Assembly (NCBI GenBank): GCA_040437565.1
Contig: JBDOQK010000027.1
Span: 62,001 to 126,000, forward strand
Reading direction: 5' to 3'
Source of the DNA: Albugo candida
Lineage: Eukaryota
DNA length: 64,000 nt
Shown here piece by piece: positions 13,501 to 26,602 of this stretch. Made by a program: the position numbers and the translations under genes. Every line of letters begins with the position of its first letter. Within the stretch, counting starts at the first letter, position 1. A model generated the notes under the pieces. The model was not told the origin of the DNA. It made no database searches and saw only the letters and a list, made by a program, of their open reading frames with translations.

Positions 13501-14649
13501 GAAAACCGCTTTGCTGTTCGAAACCAGTTTCTACTCGATAAGAATCAACGAGCGTTCTTTCTCAACTTTTCTGTAAATTGCTGGTTGGCTCTTCGATTGG
13601 AGTTTGTGGGGACATTAATTGGAACCGGTGCTGCACTGGGAGCTGTGCTCACTCACATTTCAGCCCAATCCTCCTCCGTTCCATTTGTCGCTACGACTGG
13701 TGTGGGCGGTGGAGCTACCTCATCGACATTTGCAGGACTTGTTGGTGTGTCCTTGACGTACGCTTTTAGTGTCACCCAAATTGTCAATTGGATGGCTCGG
13801 ATGGTGAGTCAGCTTCAGACGCAAATGGTTTCGGTAGAGCGTGTCAAAACGTATGCAGAAATCGATACTGAGGCTTCTTTGGAGAGTTCTTCTGATCGCA
13901 AGCCACCATCGTCTTGGCCAAATGCAGGCAAAATCTCATTTGAAAATGTACGAATGCGGTATCGACCCGGCTTGCCTCGCGTGTTGCGTGGACTCACATT
14001 CACGGTCAGCCCACGAGAAAAAATTGGCGTTGTTGGTCGCACTGGAGCTGGCAAATCAAGCCTTATTGTCGCGTTGATGCGCTTGACGGAGCTTGATGGT
14101 GGAAGGATCCTCATTGATGATCGGGATATAAGCACTATTGGACTTCATGATTTGCGTGGGCGTTTGGCAATCATACCTCAAGACCCTGTCCTCTTCTCGG
14201 GATCAGTACGCTTCAATTTGGATCCGTTTGACCAATATTCTGATGACCAACTATGGACATCGATAAAGCGTGTCCATTTGCAGCGTGCAGTGTCATCTTT
14301 GGATGCAGCGGTCGAAGAAAAGGGATGTAATTTCAGTGTCGGCGAGCGTCAGTTGCTCTGCATTGCTCGAGCACTTTTACAACGTTGCAAAATCATTCTC
14401 ATGGATGAAGCCACTGCATCGATCGACAGCGAGACAGATCGTAAGATTCAATTAAGCATCCGCGAAGAGTTTCGAGATTGCACCTGCCTCACTGTCGCTC
14501 ATCGTCTCAACACCATCATGGACACGGACCGAATTCTTGTCTTGGATAAAGGCAAAGTCGCGGAATATGGACCGCCAAACGAGCTACTTGGACGTAACAA
14601 CGGTCTGTTCAAGTCTCTCGTGGACCAATCGCGCCATACAAAGGAGTAG
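10594..14649 (+). CDS. ABC transporter, subfamily C (MRP-like, short form), single exon
   Basis: 1351-aa ORF with TMD-NBD-TMD-NBD layout. Walker A GHVGEGKS and GRTGAGKS, signatures LSGGQ and FSVGERQ, plus the ABCC motifs FFDTTPLGRIVNRLSKD and IIPQDPVLFSG. Confidence 0.97.
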   Translation: MHAVKTEEKRPLLKLSSRREDLSPSARSGFSDRYPSQHSNCLTSLFFLWLNPLMKLGSEKPLEHDDLFQLDPYNRANCVKARFEQFWEREIKVAKEKNLKSKKGKVYKPNLGWALGRAFGGPFLVAGLLKLLHDSLQFVSPLVINRIIAYLNVPSAPYSEGIMYAAIIFVCGVIQSFALRQYFFYCYECGMRLRSAIVCAVYSKSLRLSSAARQKRTSGEIINLMSVDAQRLQELTPFLHSVWYALYQIFISCVLLWNQIGLATFAGVGVILILIPMTTAISKRMRSLQVRLMKIKDERIKICYEILSGIKIIKMKTWEGRFTHRVMDYRQKELRSLKSYIYTQSISSALFNFVPTLVTTVSFFTYVKLGHVLDVATALTSLALFDILRFPLFMLPNVINNLVEATVSTKRLRDFLMEEEYEAVGSGDLKSVGVRILDADLSWSADSDANCQNDSRDTTGVSRKTEAPAILRGINLEARPGDLIAIVGHVGEGKSTLLSGILGDAKVTRGSISLRGSVCYVAQQPFIQNATIRDNILFGQEFDASRYDEALRVSCLKKDLKIFPGGDQTEIGEKGINLSGGQRTRVAIARAVYHDADIYILDDVLSAVDSHVASEIFEECIKKKLADKLVLLATHSLSFLSQCSKIIVLGDGSIAEEGHYKQLLAKPKSCLSQMMESYIETDNCEEDATKSQENDCCVKNFNEKHVDGLEDGIMTVSSNASLQREASFRSDTSSSVDNEVLVGNVKLMTDEERSTGDVPWPIYREWILAFGGFMPALLTFVGYCIAQGISLLSTVWISFWSEHADSTNSSQMYFLNIYMGINGVLAVTYFFRTLALLAGGLRASRILFNAIFSRILLAPVSFFDTTPLGRIVNRLSKDIYTIDEAIPSTWGTLLNISLSVLSTIGIVLYVTPAFVVFLVPVLIGYYKSQRYFIKTSRELQRLDSISRSPVYAMLSETLDGLATIRAYRAENRFAVRNQFLLDKNQRAFFLNFSVNCWLALRLEFVGTLIGTGAALGAVLTHISAQSSSVPFVATTGVGGGATSSTFAGLVGVSLTYAFSVTQIVNWMARMVSQLQTQMVSVERVKTYAEIDTEASLESSSDRKPPSSWPNAGKISFENVRMRYRPGLPRVLRGLTFTVSPREKIGVVGRTGAGKSSLIVALMRLTELDGGRILIDDRDISTIGLHDLRGRLAIIPQDPVLFSGSVRFNLDPFDQYSDDQLWTSIKRVHLQRAVSSLDAAVEEKGCNFSVGERQLLCIARALLQRCKIILMDEATASIDSETDRKIQLSIREEFRDCTCLTVAHRLNTIMDTDRILVLDKGKVAEYGPPNELLGRNNGLFKSLVDQSRHTKE

Positions 14650-14774
14650 ACGTGTCTGCCTCACTCTTGCAATCTGTTTTGTAGCGCAACAATTGATGTT
14701 ATGGTTTCAGTCGCACACAAGCGACAGCTGAAACTCCTTGAATACAAATTTCTCGTTCTTTCAATTGCTTTATT

Positions 14775-15321
14775 TTATCGCTCGATTATCATCTCATCAT
14801 CCAATTCTGGCTCTAGCTGAGATGCATTCGTCTCCTGTATGTGCTCACTGGTCCTAAAAACCACTTTCAGTATCCGACATGCAGCACGGTAGTAAATAAT
14901 CACGTACTCTGGCGGATCTTCTTGCTTCTGACAGCATTTCGCGCAAATTTGACGCGCCTGAGCACAAAAGGTTGAGCTTGAGCGAGTATCAATTTATGCA
15001 TTACTTACTGTGGCACAGGAGTCACACGCTTGATGATATGCTGCCAAAACGTTCCTTTGATGACAAAAACAGCTGAAATGCGATAAGACAAACATTCTGC
15101 ATAAAAAACATCTCCACGTACCATGAGCTTGGCTGTGTCAATGGTTTATATTTGCGGTATTTCTTGCGCCATACAATTTGGTCGTGACAACGAGGACACA
15201 ATCCAAGAATTGGAGTGGAAAGAATCTTCTCTGTCTTCTTAGACTTGGGATTATGACGAAATGCAACTTTATTCTGATGTTTTGGACCTTTCCTTTTGTT
15301 ATCGCCGCGCCGTGTGCTCAT
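14775..15321 (-). CDS. C9orf85-like (DUF2039) Cys-rich basic protein, 4 exons
   Basis: KHQNKVAFRHN, CPRCHDQIVWRKKYRKYKPL, then after GT-AG introns CCFCHQRNVLAAYHQACDSCA and ICAKCC. The spliced frame ends at TAA 14775. Confidence 0.85.
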
Positions 15322-15444
15322 TTGCTCCAATCACTGTACATCTATGAAGCAGTCTGCCGCGTGAACCGGTTTAAGGGAGTGTAGGTAATGAAGTATAAGA
15401 AAGTATGCAGTATACAGCGTCTAATTGATGAATTAGATGTGTCG

Positions 15445-16252
15445 TCAAGCGTTCCATTCCCCATGGATTTCATCTACGACAGCTCTTTCCATTATGAATT
15501 TTCCTTCTTTGTATCGTTGCGATGGTTCCCTGGCTTTCAGCTACAATATGCAATGAGGAGTTATTCATAGTAAGCATGTTTTTACTTACATATTTCCAGC
15601 CAAGTAGTGCACTGCAGCAGCTACAATGGACGTCACAGATGGTATGCAGTCCAGTCATCAAGTATCGATTTCGTGATGAGCCCATACAGAAATTGTACAT
15701 ATTGTTCATAAGGAATGCCTTTCCAGTTTGACCAAAGAAGGTTTTGGAGATGACATCGTCTTGATCCGCCACGATAGAACCACACATCGCACAGCGAAAT
15801 GGTCTCATACACTCCACAAGATGCAATTCTGCATGGATGTGACGGATGTGCGGGGGTGATGAAGAGTAAAGTTGTTGACTGTTCTTCTGATTCGCATCAG
15901 AGTCTATCTGATTCGCATCATCGTCATCTTCGCTGCTTCCTCCTGAAAAATAATCGTCACCTTGGAAGGAGCCGTCTCGACAAGGTTGTATTTCCCGAGT
16001 GAGATTTTCGTTCTCATTGAAACCGCTCTCTTCGACTTGATTGTCACGAATTGAAAGCTCCGTTGTCGAGATCTTTTCTTCTCCGCTTCTTCCTACGAAA
16101 ATTGATGATCTGCCAATATTCTGCTTGTGATTGCAGTGTCTGTCGGATTCAAATGCTTTGAATCGACGCTCCATACAACTCTGGTTCCTAAAGCAGTCAT
16201 TCTTGCACTCAATTTGCTTACCTCCTTGTCGAATAATTATAAGCGGTGCCAT
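15445..16252 (-). CDS. Yippee/YPEL zinc-binding domain protein with an acidic N-terminal extension
   Basis: FRCAMCG..VISKTFFGQTGKAFL..LMTGLHTICDVHCSCC..LGWKY, an intron, then SQRYKEGKFIME. Start codon uncertain. Confidence 0.9.
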
Positions 16253-16354
16253 CACTTCAAGCAGCCGAATTACCACTTATCTGACACATAACGCTTGGTA
16301 GCTATTGACATTTTCCTTCCAAATTCGCTGCTAAAACTTGGCGTGAATAACACG

Positions 16355-17535
16355 ATGAGCAACAGTATGCCGAGCGCAAGGTACTAATCTGCTTTTATTA
16401 CTGATAGCCAGGCTTGACCAACGATGTATAGCTCTAGTGGTAGCGATGGGCTGAATAAGTGGACACCGCCTCGTTTGAAGCTACTAGCAACCTTTTTCTA
16501 TGCATTAGAGTTTGCAATGCATGCACTCGAATTATATCAACAAAAGACACTATTTTCATCCTTGAAGAGATCTATTGAAGATTCGTGTAAAAGGTATGGA
16601 ATTCCCACCACAATTCCATTGCTAACGCGTCAATGAAGAACCTTCACAATAGATCATTTGAAGCAAATATACTCAATAATTCCCGAGGCTTATTGTTTGT
16701 ACATGGAACGATGTGGGAATCCATCAAAATGCACTGAGAATTTGATTATCAAGAGAAAAAGTATTGGAATGGGAGATGGAGAGAACTCGTCCAGAATCGA
16801 CTTGTTCAATCTTCGAGTGAATCACATCGTCTCGGAACGACTGACACATTTACGAGAGCAAAATATCGATGAAGAATTCTTGGAAGACGCAATGAATGAG
16901 TTTGAGATTCAGCATGGACAATTGCCAATCATGAGAGATACGATGTGCAAGTCAATTACTTCAGCATCGAAACCGTCGACTTTGCAAAACTCGGAGGATT
17001 TGGATGAGGAGCTTGCAAGAGTCCTGGCGAGACCAGTTCCACAGACTTTGAAATCGTTGCCTACATGGCTCATTAATAAGGTCACTATTTCGATCGTTTC
17101 GTATGCTTTCCTTACAAGACTAACAAGAGCGTACAGGTTCGGAAAGAGGAAGTTTCTCACAGTCTAGCCACTCGAAAATGCGAAAGTGCAGTGAAGAAAC
17201 GTATACTCACAACACTACCGAAATTGTGCGACGTGCTACAAGGTTACGCTATGGTTTCACGTAAAAGCATTTTTCTGATGGATCAACTAGTCATCAAACT
17301 GGTTGGCGTGCCGATCAAAGGTTACATTGTATCCTGCTCCGATCTATTGTTCTTCCTCACACAATCTCGATTTATAGATCGACTCACTGATCAAATTTAT
17401 CTTTTGGATATCATGATTCCTTCCTGGTTAAGTGTCATCAGCAAAGACGGCAAGGATTATGTAAAACTGAATGAGAAAGTGAAATACAAGGAAGTCAAGA
17501 CTGCCATTCGAAAGGCAGTTTTAACATCGCTTTAA
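16355..17535 (+). CDS. CDT1: Cdt1-like DNA replication licensing factor (multi-exon)
   Basis: FSSLKRSIEDSCKR/..FTIDHLKQIYSIIPEAY (geminin-binding WH domain-like) and LPKLCDVL..RKSIFLMDQLVIKL..LLDIMIPSWLSV..YVKLN (C-terminal MCM-binding WH-like). Exons are separated by GT-AG introns. Confidence 0.75.
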
Positions 17536-17539
17536 AGAT

Positions 17540-18960
17540 GTGCAACCAAACCGATGGATGCTTTGCTCAATACCAAATTCAAAATGTACAAGCGACTTAA
17601 ACCTGTAAAACCGTGAGTTTTTGACACTCTACTGGATTCACGCTATGTAAGTATGCGTACTGATATCAATACACAATGCACAGTGATATTTTGGCACAAA
17701 TTGCTGACTCAGATAAACCCGTCTTCCATGAAATTAATTTGTTTTTCGGATATTATAACGCCATCAGAGGTTTGACCGACTTTAGTCGGAAAAACTTAAG
17801 CAAAAAAGCCACAACGTGCTCCCAATCTTGACATCGCGCAAACCTTCTATTCGATACGCCACACGCTTTAAGCGGATATACCATACTATTCAGATCGAAT
17901 CAACACGCGCTTGCTCGATGCATAGATGACAATTGATAATTCAGCTATGAGGTTTGCAGTGTGCAAACGGACAAAGTACATAAGCAGCTCTAGATATTCG
18001 CTGCTTTAGCGTTACCTGCGCGTTGTAACAGAATATGGGTGTAAAATGCTTTTCCATAAATTGAAAAAATTAGGAATCACTCCAGCAACAAACTCACATA
18101 CGCAATCGAAGAAAATCGATTGACGGTATTCGTATTTTACAAGAACAATCATTATCTGCCCGAGTTTTTTTATCCTCCAAAATTGTTGATGGATGGCTAC
18201 TTTTAACCATCAGCTCCTTGTAGAGCTTAGGTGAGATCACAGTCATGGCAAGATGCAAGTACTTCGAGTCCTGCTCCAGATTGCAGGCATAAAGGTGCAG
18301 AGTCAAGGTCAAACAAAGGGGCTCCATTTCTCCGTAGTGTATAGGCACAGCATCGTATTTACTTGTTTAGATAGCTAATCACAAAATAAGGAATGCGTAA
18401 AAGTGTCTCTCACTTTTGACGCGCGTACCTCAGATTGTAGGAAATACATCGTAAAGTAGGCTCCATTCTAAGATGTTGCGAATGGTCTCATTAGCGATTC
18501 TGTCATGGCAAAGCTTGTAAATACCTTTGCCAATCATGCTGTAAAGTTGCAACATTTATTTTCATCCGAGTGCAAGCACGCCACACGATACGTTTTTTGT
18601 TAGATAAATGCGTGAGATATGGTGGATGCGCGCACTTTATCGAGGGAATAAATGCACCGAGCCATTGAGAATATACAGCAAGTCCGATGTGAGGTTGCAC
18701 GCCTGCTGTTCCATTGACGAGCTACGAGAGCTGACTGTATTGAAACTGAGGCGGCGACGAATGATTGTACTGAGAAACGAGCTCAATCTATCGTCTACCT
18801 TATTATCATGACAAAGGCTTTCGAATCGATCAATCAATATGAGACGAGAATGTAGAACGCAAGACATAGTCGCTTTCTGACAACATGCGAGCTTCTCAGA
18901 CCACAGATTCACTCGAGTATTCGCTCAAGTATCAAAAGTCTCTGCGTGAAGCTCTTACTG
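17540..18960 (-). CDS. Possible multi-exon hypothetical gene
   Basis: A chain of short minus-strand ORFs bounded by GTGAGT/GTAA donors and YAG acceptors fills the gap between Cdt1 and RPB1. No recognisable domain; boundaries approximate. Confidence 0.3.
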
Positions 18961-19223
18961 GAGTGAGTCTTCTCACCGCTTGACATCTCATTTATCATGA
19001 GATCAAATGCATAGGTGATGCAGAGATTGAGAGTAGTTTATGCCTACAGCATAAGACGCTTGTACTCCCAAATGGCACCACCATCGTGTACGACCAACGA
19101 CAGAGCAGTGGAGTGTAAGGATAGACGCAAAAGGATCAGATGCAGAAACTGAGTAACAATGTATTTGTTTTTTCACAATAGACAATTTATTGTTCAATTT
19201 AAAGCGATTCCCAAACGCGTTTA

Positions 19224-22200
19224 TCACTCTTCTGCTTTCTCGCGACCGTCAGTTGGGCTGTAACCACTCGAATTCGGATCGTATCCTTCGGTCGGATTGT
19301 ACTGAGGCGAAGATGGGCTATAGCTGGGAGACGTTGGGCTGTAGGCAGGCGATGTCGGACTGTATGCAGGAATAGATGGATTATAGCCCGGAGATGTCGG
19401 GCTATACGCCGGTGATGTCGGACTGTAAGCAGGACTCGTTGGACTGTATGCAGGGCTCGTCGGACTATAAGCTGGGGAAGTTGGTGAATATGCTGGAGAC
19501 GTAGGTGAATATGCCGGGGAAGTTGGGCTGTACGCAGGTGAGGTGGGACTATACGCGGGGCTCGTTGGGCTGTACGCTGGTGATGTTGGACTGTATGCTG
19601 GAGAAGTCGGTGAATAAGCCGGAGAAGTTGGTGAATACGCTGGTGAGGTCGGACTATACGCTGGGGAAGTTGGTGAATATGCGGGTGAGGTCGGACTATA
19701 CGCTGGGGAAGTTGGTGAATATGCTGGAGACGTAGGTGAATACGCCGGGGAAGTCGGGCTGTACGCAGGTGAGGTGGGGCTATAAGCCGGAGACGTCGGA
19801 CTGTAGGCGGGGGAAGTTGGACTATACGCAGGCGAAGTTGGACTATACGCAGGTGAAGTGGGTGAGTATGCAGGTGACGTCGGCGAATACGCTGGAGAAG
19901 TGGGTGAGTAAGCCGGTGACATTGGACTAAACGCAGGAGATGCGGGGTCTAAAGATGCACCAGGGCTTCGAGCTGGTGATGCAACACTAAATCCTGGAGA
20001 AGACATGAAACCAGGAGAGGTTGGACTTGTCATCGGTGAGAATGTTCCTGCGGCTGGAGAAAATGACCCACCGCCTGGGCTGAAAGGTGATGAAGCTGAG
20101 AAACCAGGCGTAGAGGTGAACGGTGTGGCCATTGGGGTGCCCGGACCTTGTTCGGGACTTCGCCATTCATCGTTGATACCTCGCATCACCTGTTGGATTT
20201 CTGATGCTTCATATTCGATGGCATCAGTCAGTTTCTTCGCATCCAATACCAAGTCTGTGATTCCAGTTCCCAGGGGTGCTAACTGCCCGAGCATCACGTT
20301 TTCCGATACGCCAGTGAGTGGATCCCCTTCGGAGAACATGGCTGCATCCATAAGAATCTCCACTGTCTCTTCGAACGAACATCGAACAAGCGGTCCTGAA
20401 TCATCACGATTAATACCATGACGAGTAATGGCCATCAAATGCCCACGAAATGTCATGACATCTGCCAGACAAGCCAGATGTCGATAGTTTACGTAAGCTC
20501 CATCAAAAGAGATGACTTGCCGGATTTCATTCAATAACGCTCGTCGTACAGCTTCAATACCCAAAACTTGGATTATCTCTACAATATCGTTCGATATTGT
20601 TCGGGTCCCATCGACCTGAGGAAAGCACAAAACATCGAGCAAATTTGTCCCATCTGTGTCCAATACCCATTCGGTCGTCATCTTGAATCCAACATCATCA
20701 AACCAGTGCGTCGGGCGTCCTTCGCGNNNNNNNNNNNNNNNNNNNNNNNNNNNNNNNNNNNNNNNNNNNNNNNNNNNNNNNNNNNNNNNNNNNNNNNNNN
20801 NNNNNNNNNNNNNNNNNNNNNNNNNNCGATATTGTTCGGGTCCCATCGACCTGAGGAAAGCACAAAACATCGAGCAAATTTGTCCCATCTGTGTCCAATA
20901 CCCATTCGGTCGTCATCTTGAATCCAACATCATCAAACCAGTGCGTCGGGCGTCCTTCGCGGATGTAAACCTTCTTGACAGATTGCACTCCACGAAGTTT
21001 CATCTGCGTGAGCATATTGTGTTCCACTCGTTTCAAGAACGTGTCATCTTCCTGACCGACTGTACTCTCTCCAGTCCGCTGCATTTTCTCTTCCTCGTCG
21101 CTTACGATTCGGATACGCAGCACCAATTTGTCCGCATTGTCGTCTGTGAATATACAAGACAAATCTTGGCCATATTCTGACTCGATCTGAGAGGCAATTT
21201 CACTCATGGTGAGCTTTTTGTCTGCCATCATCTCACGGTTCAATTCAATACGCAACAGCCACGGCGATCTTGCAACAGGAGTGTCCTCGTCCGGCATCTC
21301 GTAGTACGTCGATACGAATTCTTGATCTTCTTCGATGATTGTATTCATTGGGTCAGGGTCGTAATATATGGCGGTATTCGCCGTCACATCAGCTAATGTC
21401 GTGTACTCCAGTTGAGACTGAATGAACTTGGCCTTATCGGCATCGTGCGCACAATCAGGCGTCAGAAATATTTGAAGTGAAGGCGTGCGGACGTCCTTGG
21501 CGATGTTCATGATTTCCTTCAGTCGAGGGACTCCGAGTGTCACATTCTTTGCAGACACACCGGCATAGTGAAATGTGTTCAACGTCATTTGAGTAGCGGG
21601 TTCTCCAATAGACTGTGCTGCGACAACTCCAGCCATTTCTCCTGCTGAAACGAGAGAACTTGTAAACTTGGATTCGATTTCGCCAAGAAGCCATTCAAAC
21701 GCCGTTTCTGTCAGTCTATGTTCCAATGTGACACATTTGGACGCCAGAGCTGATCGTAGCAAAATCTGGAAGAACAATGTTGCATTTTCCTGAGCTTCCA
21801 GACTTAATGGATCGTTACCCTGCACAACAATGATCTTCTTGCACAGTTCTTTGACACCATCAATAATGTGCGCGGGATGTAAACTCGAGGGTTTTTGTAA
21901 ATCCACACTGAATAGCTGTTGGGCATTTTCAATCAATCGTCGTACATTGACTGGAATTTGCGCGGCATTGTCAGACTCCTGCCCTTGACCACGACTAGCC
22001 AGAATAACGCGAAGGTTCACTCGATCTTTCTGTAATTGAGCTATTTCATCGCGGAGAATGTGCTGAGTATGTTGGTTTGTTCGAATGTCTTTGATGATTT
22101 CTGGGTCTAGGAACAGCTGCTCGGGGCACTTCGGAACGCACCCAAGAAAATCGCTTGAAATGTCAAACATATACTTTTGCTCAAATTCCACCTTGTTCAG

Positions 22201-25011
22201 CCTATGCGATTCAAAGCGCTGCTTTTCCACCCAGACAGCATCCATTCCATCTTCACCATATAGGAACTGAATGATTTCTCCCTGAGCATTCCGTACAGTG
22301 CCATCATATCGCGCCATAACAGATTCCATAGCTTTGACAAGACGTCGTTGGATGTATCCAGTTTCCGCGGTCTTGACTGCGGTATCAATAAGTCCTTCAC
22401 GACCTCCCATCGCATGGAAAAAAAACTCTTGAGGTGTCAATCCTTTCAGGTATGAATTCTCGACGAATCCACGACTTTCTGGGCCTAAATCATCCTTTCC
22501 GTAATGAGGGAGTGTCCTGTGCTGAAATCCATACGGAATACGTTTTCCTTCCACATTTTGCTGCCCGACACACGCAATAATCTGAGAAATATTGATGAAG
22601 GATCCCTTAGAACCGGAAGTCACCGTTGCCTTGATATTATTGGTCTCGTCCAAGCTACCTTGCGCTTCACGCCCTGCCTGATCACGGGCCGTGTTGAGAA
22701 CCTTGTTTACAAGTTGTTCGAAAGACTCGACCATTGTTCGACCGGGTTGGGTTTCGAGCTTGCCTTTCTGTCCACGTTGCACCAGATCATGTACTTGCAC
22801 TTTGGCTTGTGTGATGATGTCAACAATCGTTTTCAATGTACTGACATCGGCAATTGTATCACTGACTCCGACGGTAAAGCTTCGTCCAACAAGCCAATTG
22901 TTGACCAGTTTCTGCACAGCACCGAGGAAATATCGCGCTTCCTCTGGTCCTTTTTCAAGCATCGTCGTGTGAATAAGACCTCCGGCTGACGAACCAATCG
23001 TTTTCTTGTCGATGATCCCTGCCAAAAGCTCTCCACGTTGCACTATTACGCGTGAATCGATTGGAGATAACTTTGCGAATGATTCTTTGCTTGAATGAGT
23101 CGAAGAAAATCCCGTAAAATTGATCTGAGGGATGACTTGTGAGAAAATCTGTTTTCCTGTCCAAATAGGACGATATTTACCGATCTCTCCTTTCTTAGGC
23201 ACTAATATCGCCGGGGTTGGTATCCGACCATCCCAATTGAACACCCACATCAGCAGATTCATCACCACATCCTTCTCAATGAATATGTCACGCTTTGTGA
23301 ATTTCTGTACACCCAATAAGGAATCTTGGACGATACCCATCACAGGCCGGTTGCTTTGCGGTGTGATAATCACTTTGTGGACCATCATAAGCTCTTGTGC
23401 TTCCGCACGAGCTGTCAATGACTGCGGAACATGCAGATTCATTTCATCTCCATCGAAATCTGCATTGTAGGGAGACGTCACCGATAAGTTGAGACGAAAT
23501 GTGGACCAGTGGAAGACCTTGACTCTGTGGGACATGATAGACATCTTGTGCAGAGATGGTTGACGATTAAATAACACCAAATCTTCATCACGGAGATGAC
23601 GTTCAACAATCCAGCCACACTTGAGAGCCAAATCAGATTTATTTTTGATGTAACGCAGGTCGATCCGGTTTCCGTCCTCCCTTATAATATATTTTGCGCC
23701 AGGGTGCTCGAGCGGACCATTTGAGATGAGTCGATGCATCGCTGCCATATTAAATGGAGTGACACGTTCTGGTACCGTCAAGTTCATTGCGATTGAAAGT
23801 GGAACTCCGACCTGGTCGATCTCGAGATTTGGATCGGCAGTAATAACAGTTCGAGCTGAAAAGTCGACACGTTTTCCCATCAAATTGCCTCTGATACGTC
23901 CTTCTTTTCCTCGAAGACGCTGACGTAAGGTCTTTAGCGGTTTACCGGAGCGTTGTTGTGCTTGCGGTAGCCCTGGTTGCTCATTGTTGATAAAAGTCGC
24001 TAGATGAAATTGTAAGAGCTGTTCGAATTGCTCGATGATATGCGATGGTTCACCCTTGCGAACACAGTTCAGTAGCGCTAGATTTGCTTTGACAATAGAC
24101 GCCAAGTTATGCGTCAAGTCATCTTCCCCTCGAGCCATACCGTCCAGAGCCACTGAAGGTCGAACATGAGGCGGTGGTACCGGCATCAAGGTCAATATAA
24201 GCCAGTCGGGACGTGCCCATCGTGGGTCTAACCCGAGGGAGTAGCAGTCGGCATCAGATATATTTTTGAATATTGAGAGCACCTTGGCAGCCGGTAAATT
24301 TTGCTTGCGATCTCCAGAGCCTGGAACGTCTTCCATTTGTTCAGGAAATTCCACCAAGATCTTGATACCTTGTCTTTTGTATATTGGCTGCAGACCACCA
24401 CAGCCTCCATGACCTCCCTCTTTCGACTTTGTTTTATCATCTAGACCGCCCTGTAAGCCCAAGTTCAGATCTTCACGCATCTTTTCCATATCAACTTCTT
24501 CTCCATATTCACAAAGCTTCTTCCCATTACAAATCTCAAAAACAGCCTTTAATCGTCTTTTACCATCTTTGATTTTCATTGCTGAACGAAAGCGATGATC
24601 TCGTTCATCACTGAGTATTTTGGAACAGTGAAAACAAACAGAGCGTAATATCTTTAAAACTTCTTTGATGAATCCCAAATGGTACATTGGTCGAGCCAAT
24701 TCAATGTGACCAAAATGACCTGGACAATCGTTCACTTTGCCTCCACTCCCGCTATATGTGCAGTCACACGTTTTACACCTTGCGCGGAAGTCACAGGTTC
24801 CCATTCTAGGATCCCCAATCCCACCAATGACCGGATGTCCATTCAAATACGTTTCGGGACGACTGATACCATCTGGAATGATGCGATCATTCACTTTGGT
24901 TTGCTTCGTTACAGACATTGCACGCACTTCTTCTGGACTAAAGACCCCAAATTGGAGATATTTGACACGTCTTAAGCGCGCGCTCGAATATGAGAATTGT
25001 GTGGACGACAT
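19224..25011 (-). CDS. RPB1: RNA polymerase II largest subunit (interrupted only by an assembly gap with duplicated flanks)
   Basis: [21 protein letters not shown] active site, bridge helix [14 protein letters not shown], trigger loop [15 protein letters not shown], and a heptad CTD. Confidence 0.99.
19250..19931 (-). repeat. RPB1 CTD 21-bp coding repeat, consensus YSPTSPA
   Basis: 25 contiguous heptads from 19910 to 19386 (24 YSPTSPA plus YSPTSPG), followed by about 7 variant or degenerate units. Confidence 0.98.
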
Positions 25012-25561
25012 GATTTAAAGCGAGTTCTGTCAACTATTATGGAGTGGCTACGATCCACTCGATGAATCCTATACGTCGTGTAATCCGTCCGTCTGTGGAC
25101 GTTTCGCTGCCTTAATTGTGACGTTCTCCGCGCAAAAAGATGCGCTTTGCGTTGCAAAGAAAATTGCCAACTGAAAAGGAAAGGGAGGGAGGACAGGGGG
25201 AACGTAGTAGACACACTCCGATTGGTTCATCTTACACCTGTTCATTATTTTGATTGGATGTAAACGTGGCTCATAAAATAGCTCATGGAGTGGCCCAGCA
25301 ATTTATATCGAGAAACCTCCAGCTATGCGCTGGCTAGATAGAGCGCAATCGGCAAAGAGAAAAATTAGGATCAGATGAGCCAGTGCTGATCATGGTAGAG
25401 AATGTAGAGTTGGACAAATCCTTCGATCTTCTTGCATGATACACTTGAATAGTAGTCCGTCGTCAAAATTGATACGAAAGGTAGAGTACTGCTCGTTGAA
25501 TAAATCACAAAATTTACAGAAATCTCGTTCTACAAAGTCCTCATTTTGTTCTCTCACAAAA

Positions 25562-26360
25562 ATGACGCAACGAAAAACTTGTCATTTCAAACTAGTTTTA
25601 TTAGGTGACACCGCAGTCGGAAAATCGTGTCTCGTTGTGCGTTTTGTGCGCAACGAATTCTTTGAGTATCAAGAACCGACTATTGGAGGTTGCTGCAATT
25701 ACAATGATAAGTAGGTCGCCATGCTGATTTTTGGTTTGTTAGCGGCGTTTTTGACGCAGACTGTGGATTTGGATGAAGAAGTGATGGTGAAGTTTGAGAT
25801 ATGGGATACTGCAGGACAAGGTAAGAGTGCTCTATGGCACTCAAGTAGCGACGAAGTTGATCTCTTTTTTCGCACAGAAAGATATCGCAGTCTAGCTCCA
25901 ATGTATTACCGCGGGGCAGCAGCTGCAGTGGTGGTATATGATGTGACAAATAAAGTGAGTAAAATGGACCTGAGTGGGGGATTTTCTGAGCCAATTCACT
26001 CTGTAGGATTCTTTCATTGGAGCCAAATCCTGGGTCAAAGAATTACAAAGAAGAGGTGATCCAAATGTGGTTATCGCACTCGCAGGAAACAAAGCAGATT
26101 TAGAATCACGACGGAAAGTAGACTCAGAGGTATGTGTTGCACACCATCTTCGACTCGTACTCATTTCCATCCAGGAAGCGCGTCAATACGCGCTAGATAA
26201 TGACATATTACACCTGGAAACATCTGCAAAAACGGCAAATAACGTTCAAGATCTTTTCGTCGCAATCGCAAAGCGTCTACCAAAGAACCTTCCTCAACAA
26301 GAGCGTGAAACATTTCCCATCACACCGCCTATCACCACAAAACAGAGAGGCTGTTGTTGA
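25562..26360 (+). CDS. RAB5: Rab5-family small GTPase (5 exons)
   Basis: [54 protein letters not shown], and a C-terminal CC prenylation site. Confidence 0.95.
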
Positions 26361-26602
26361 TTGTATTAGCTCTATATGCACGTAATCAACCAACTTTATC
26401 AACGACTCTATTCTCTCTGGACTTGGCTTTTTCTCCATCACGCATTCGAACAAAGTTCAATTGGCGAGCAAAGAGCGCGGAAGGAGCTTTCTCTCGTGTA
26501 AATGGCTTAACAAGAACGCATACAGCAAGACGCATTCTATCGCTTTTATACTGGCGACCCAGTTTATAATGCTAGGCGTACGCATGTAAAGTAGAATCTT
26601 GT

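Noticed and set aside
19250..19931. 21-bp periodic array resembling a CRISPR or satellite
   Set aside because: There is no repeat-spacer structure. It is the coding RPB1 CTD with wobble variation.
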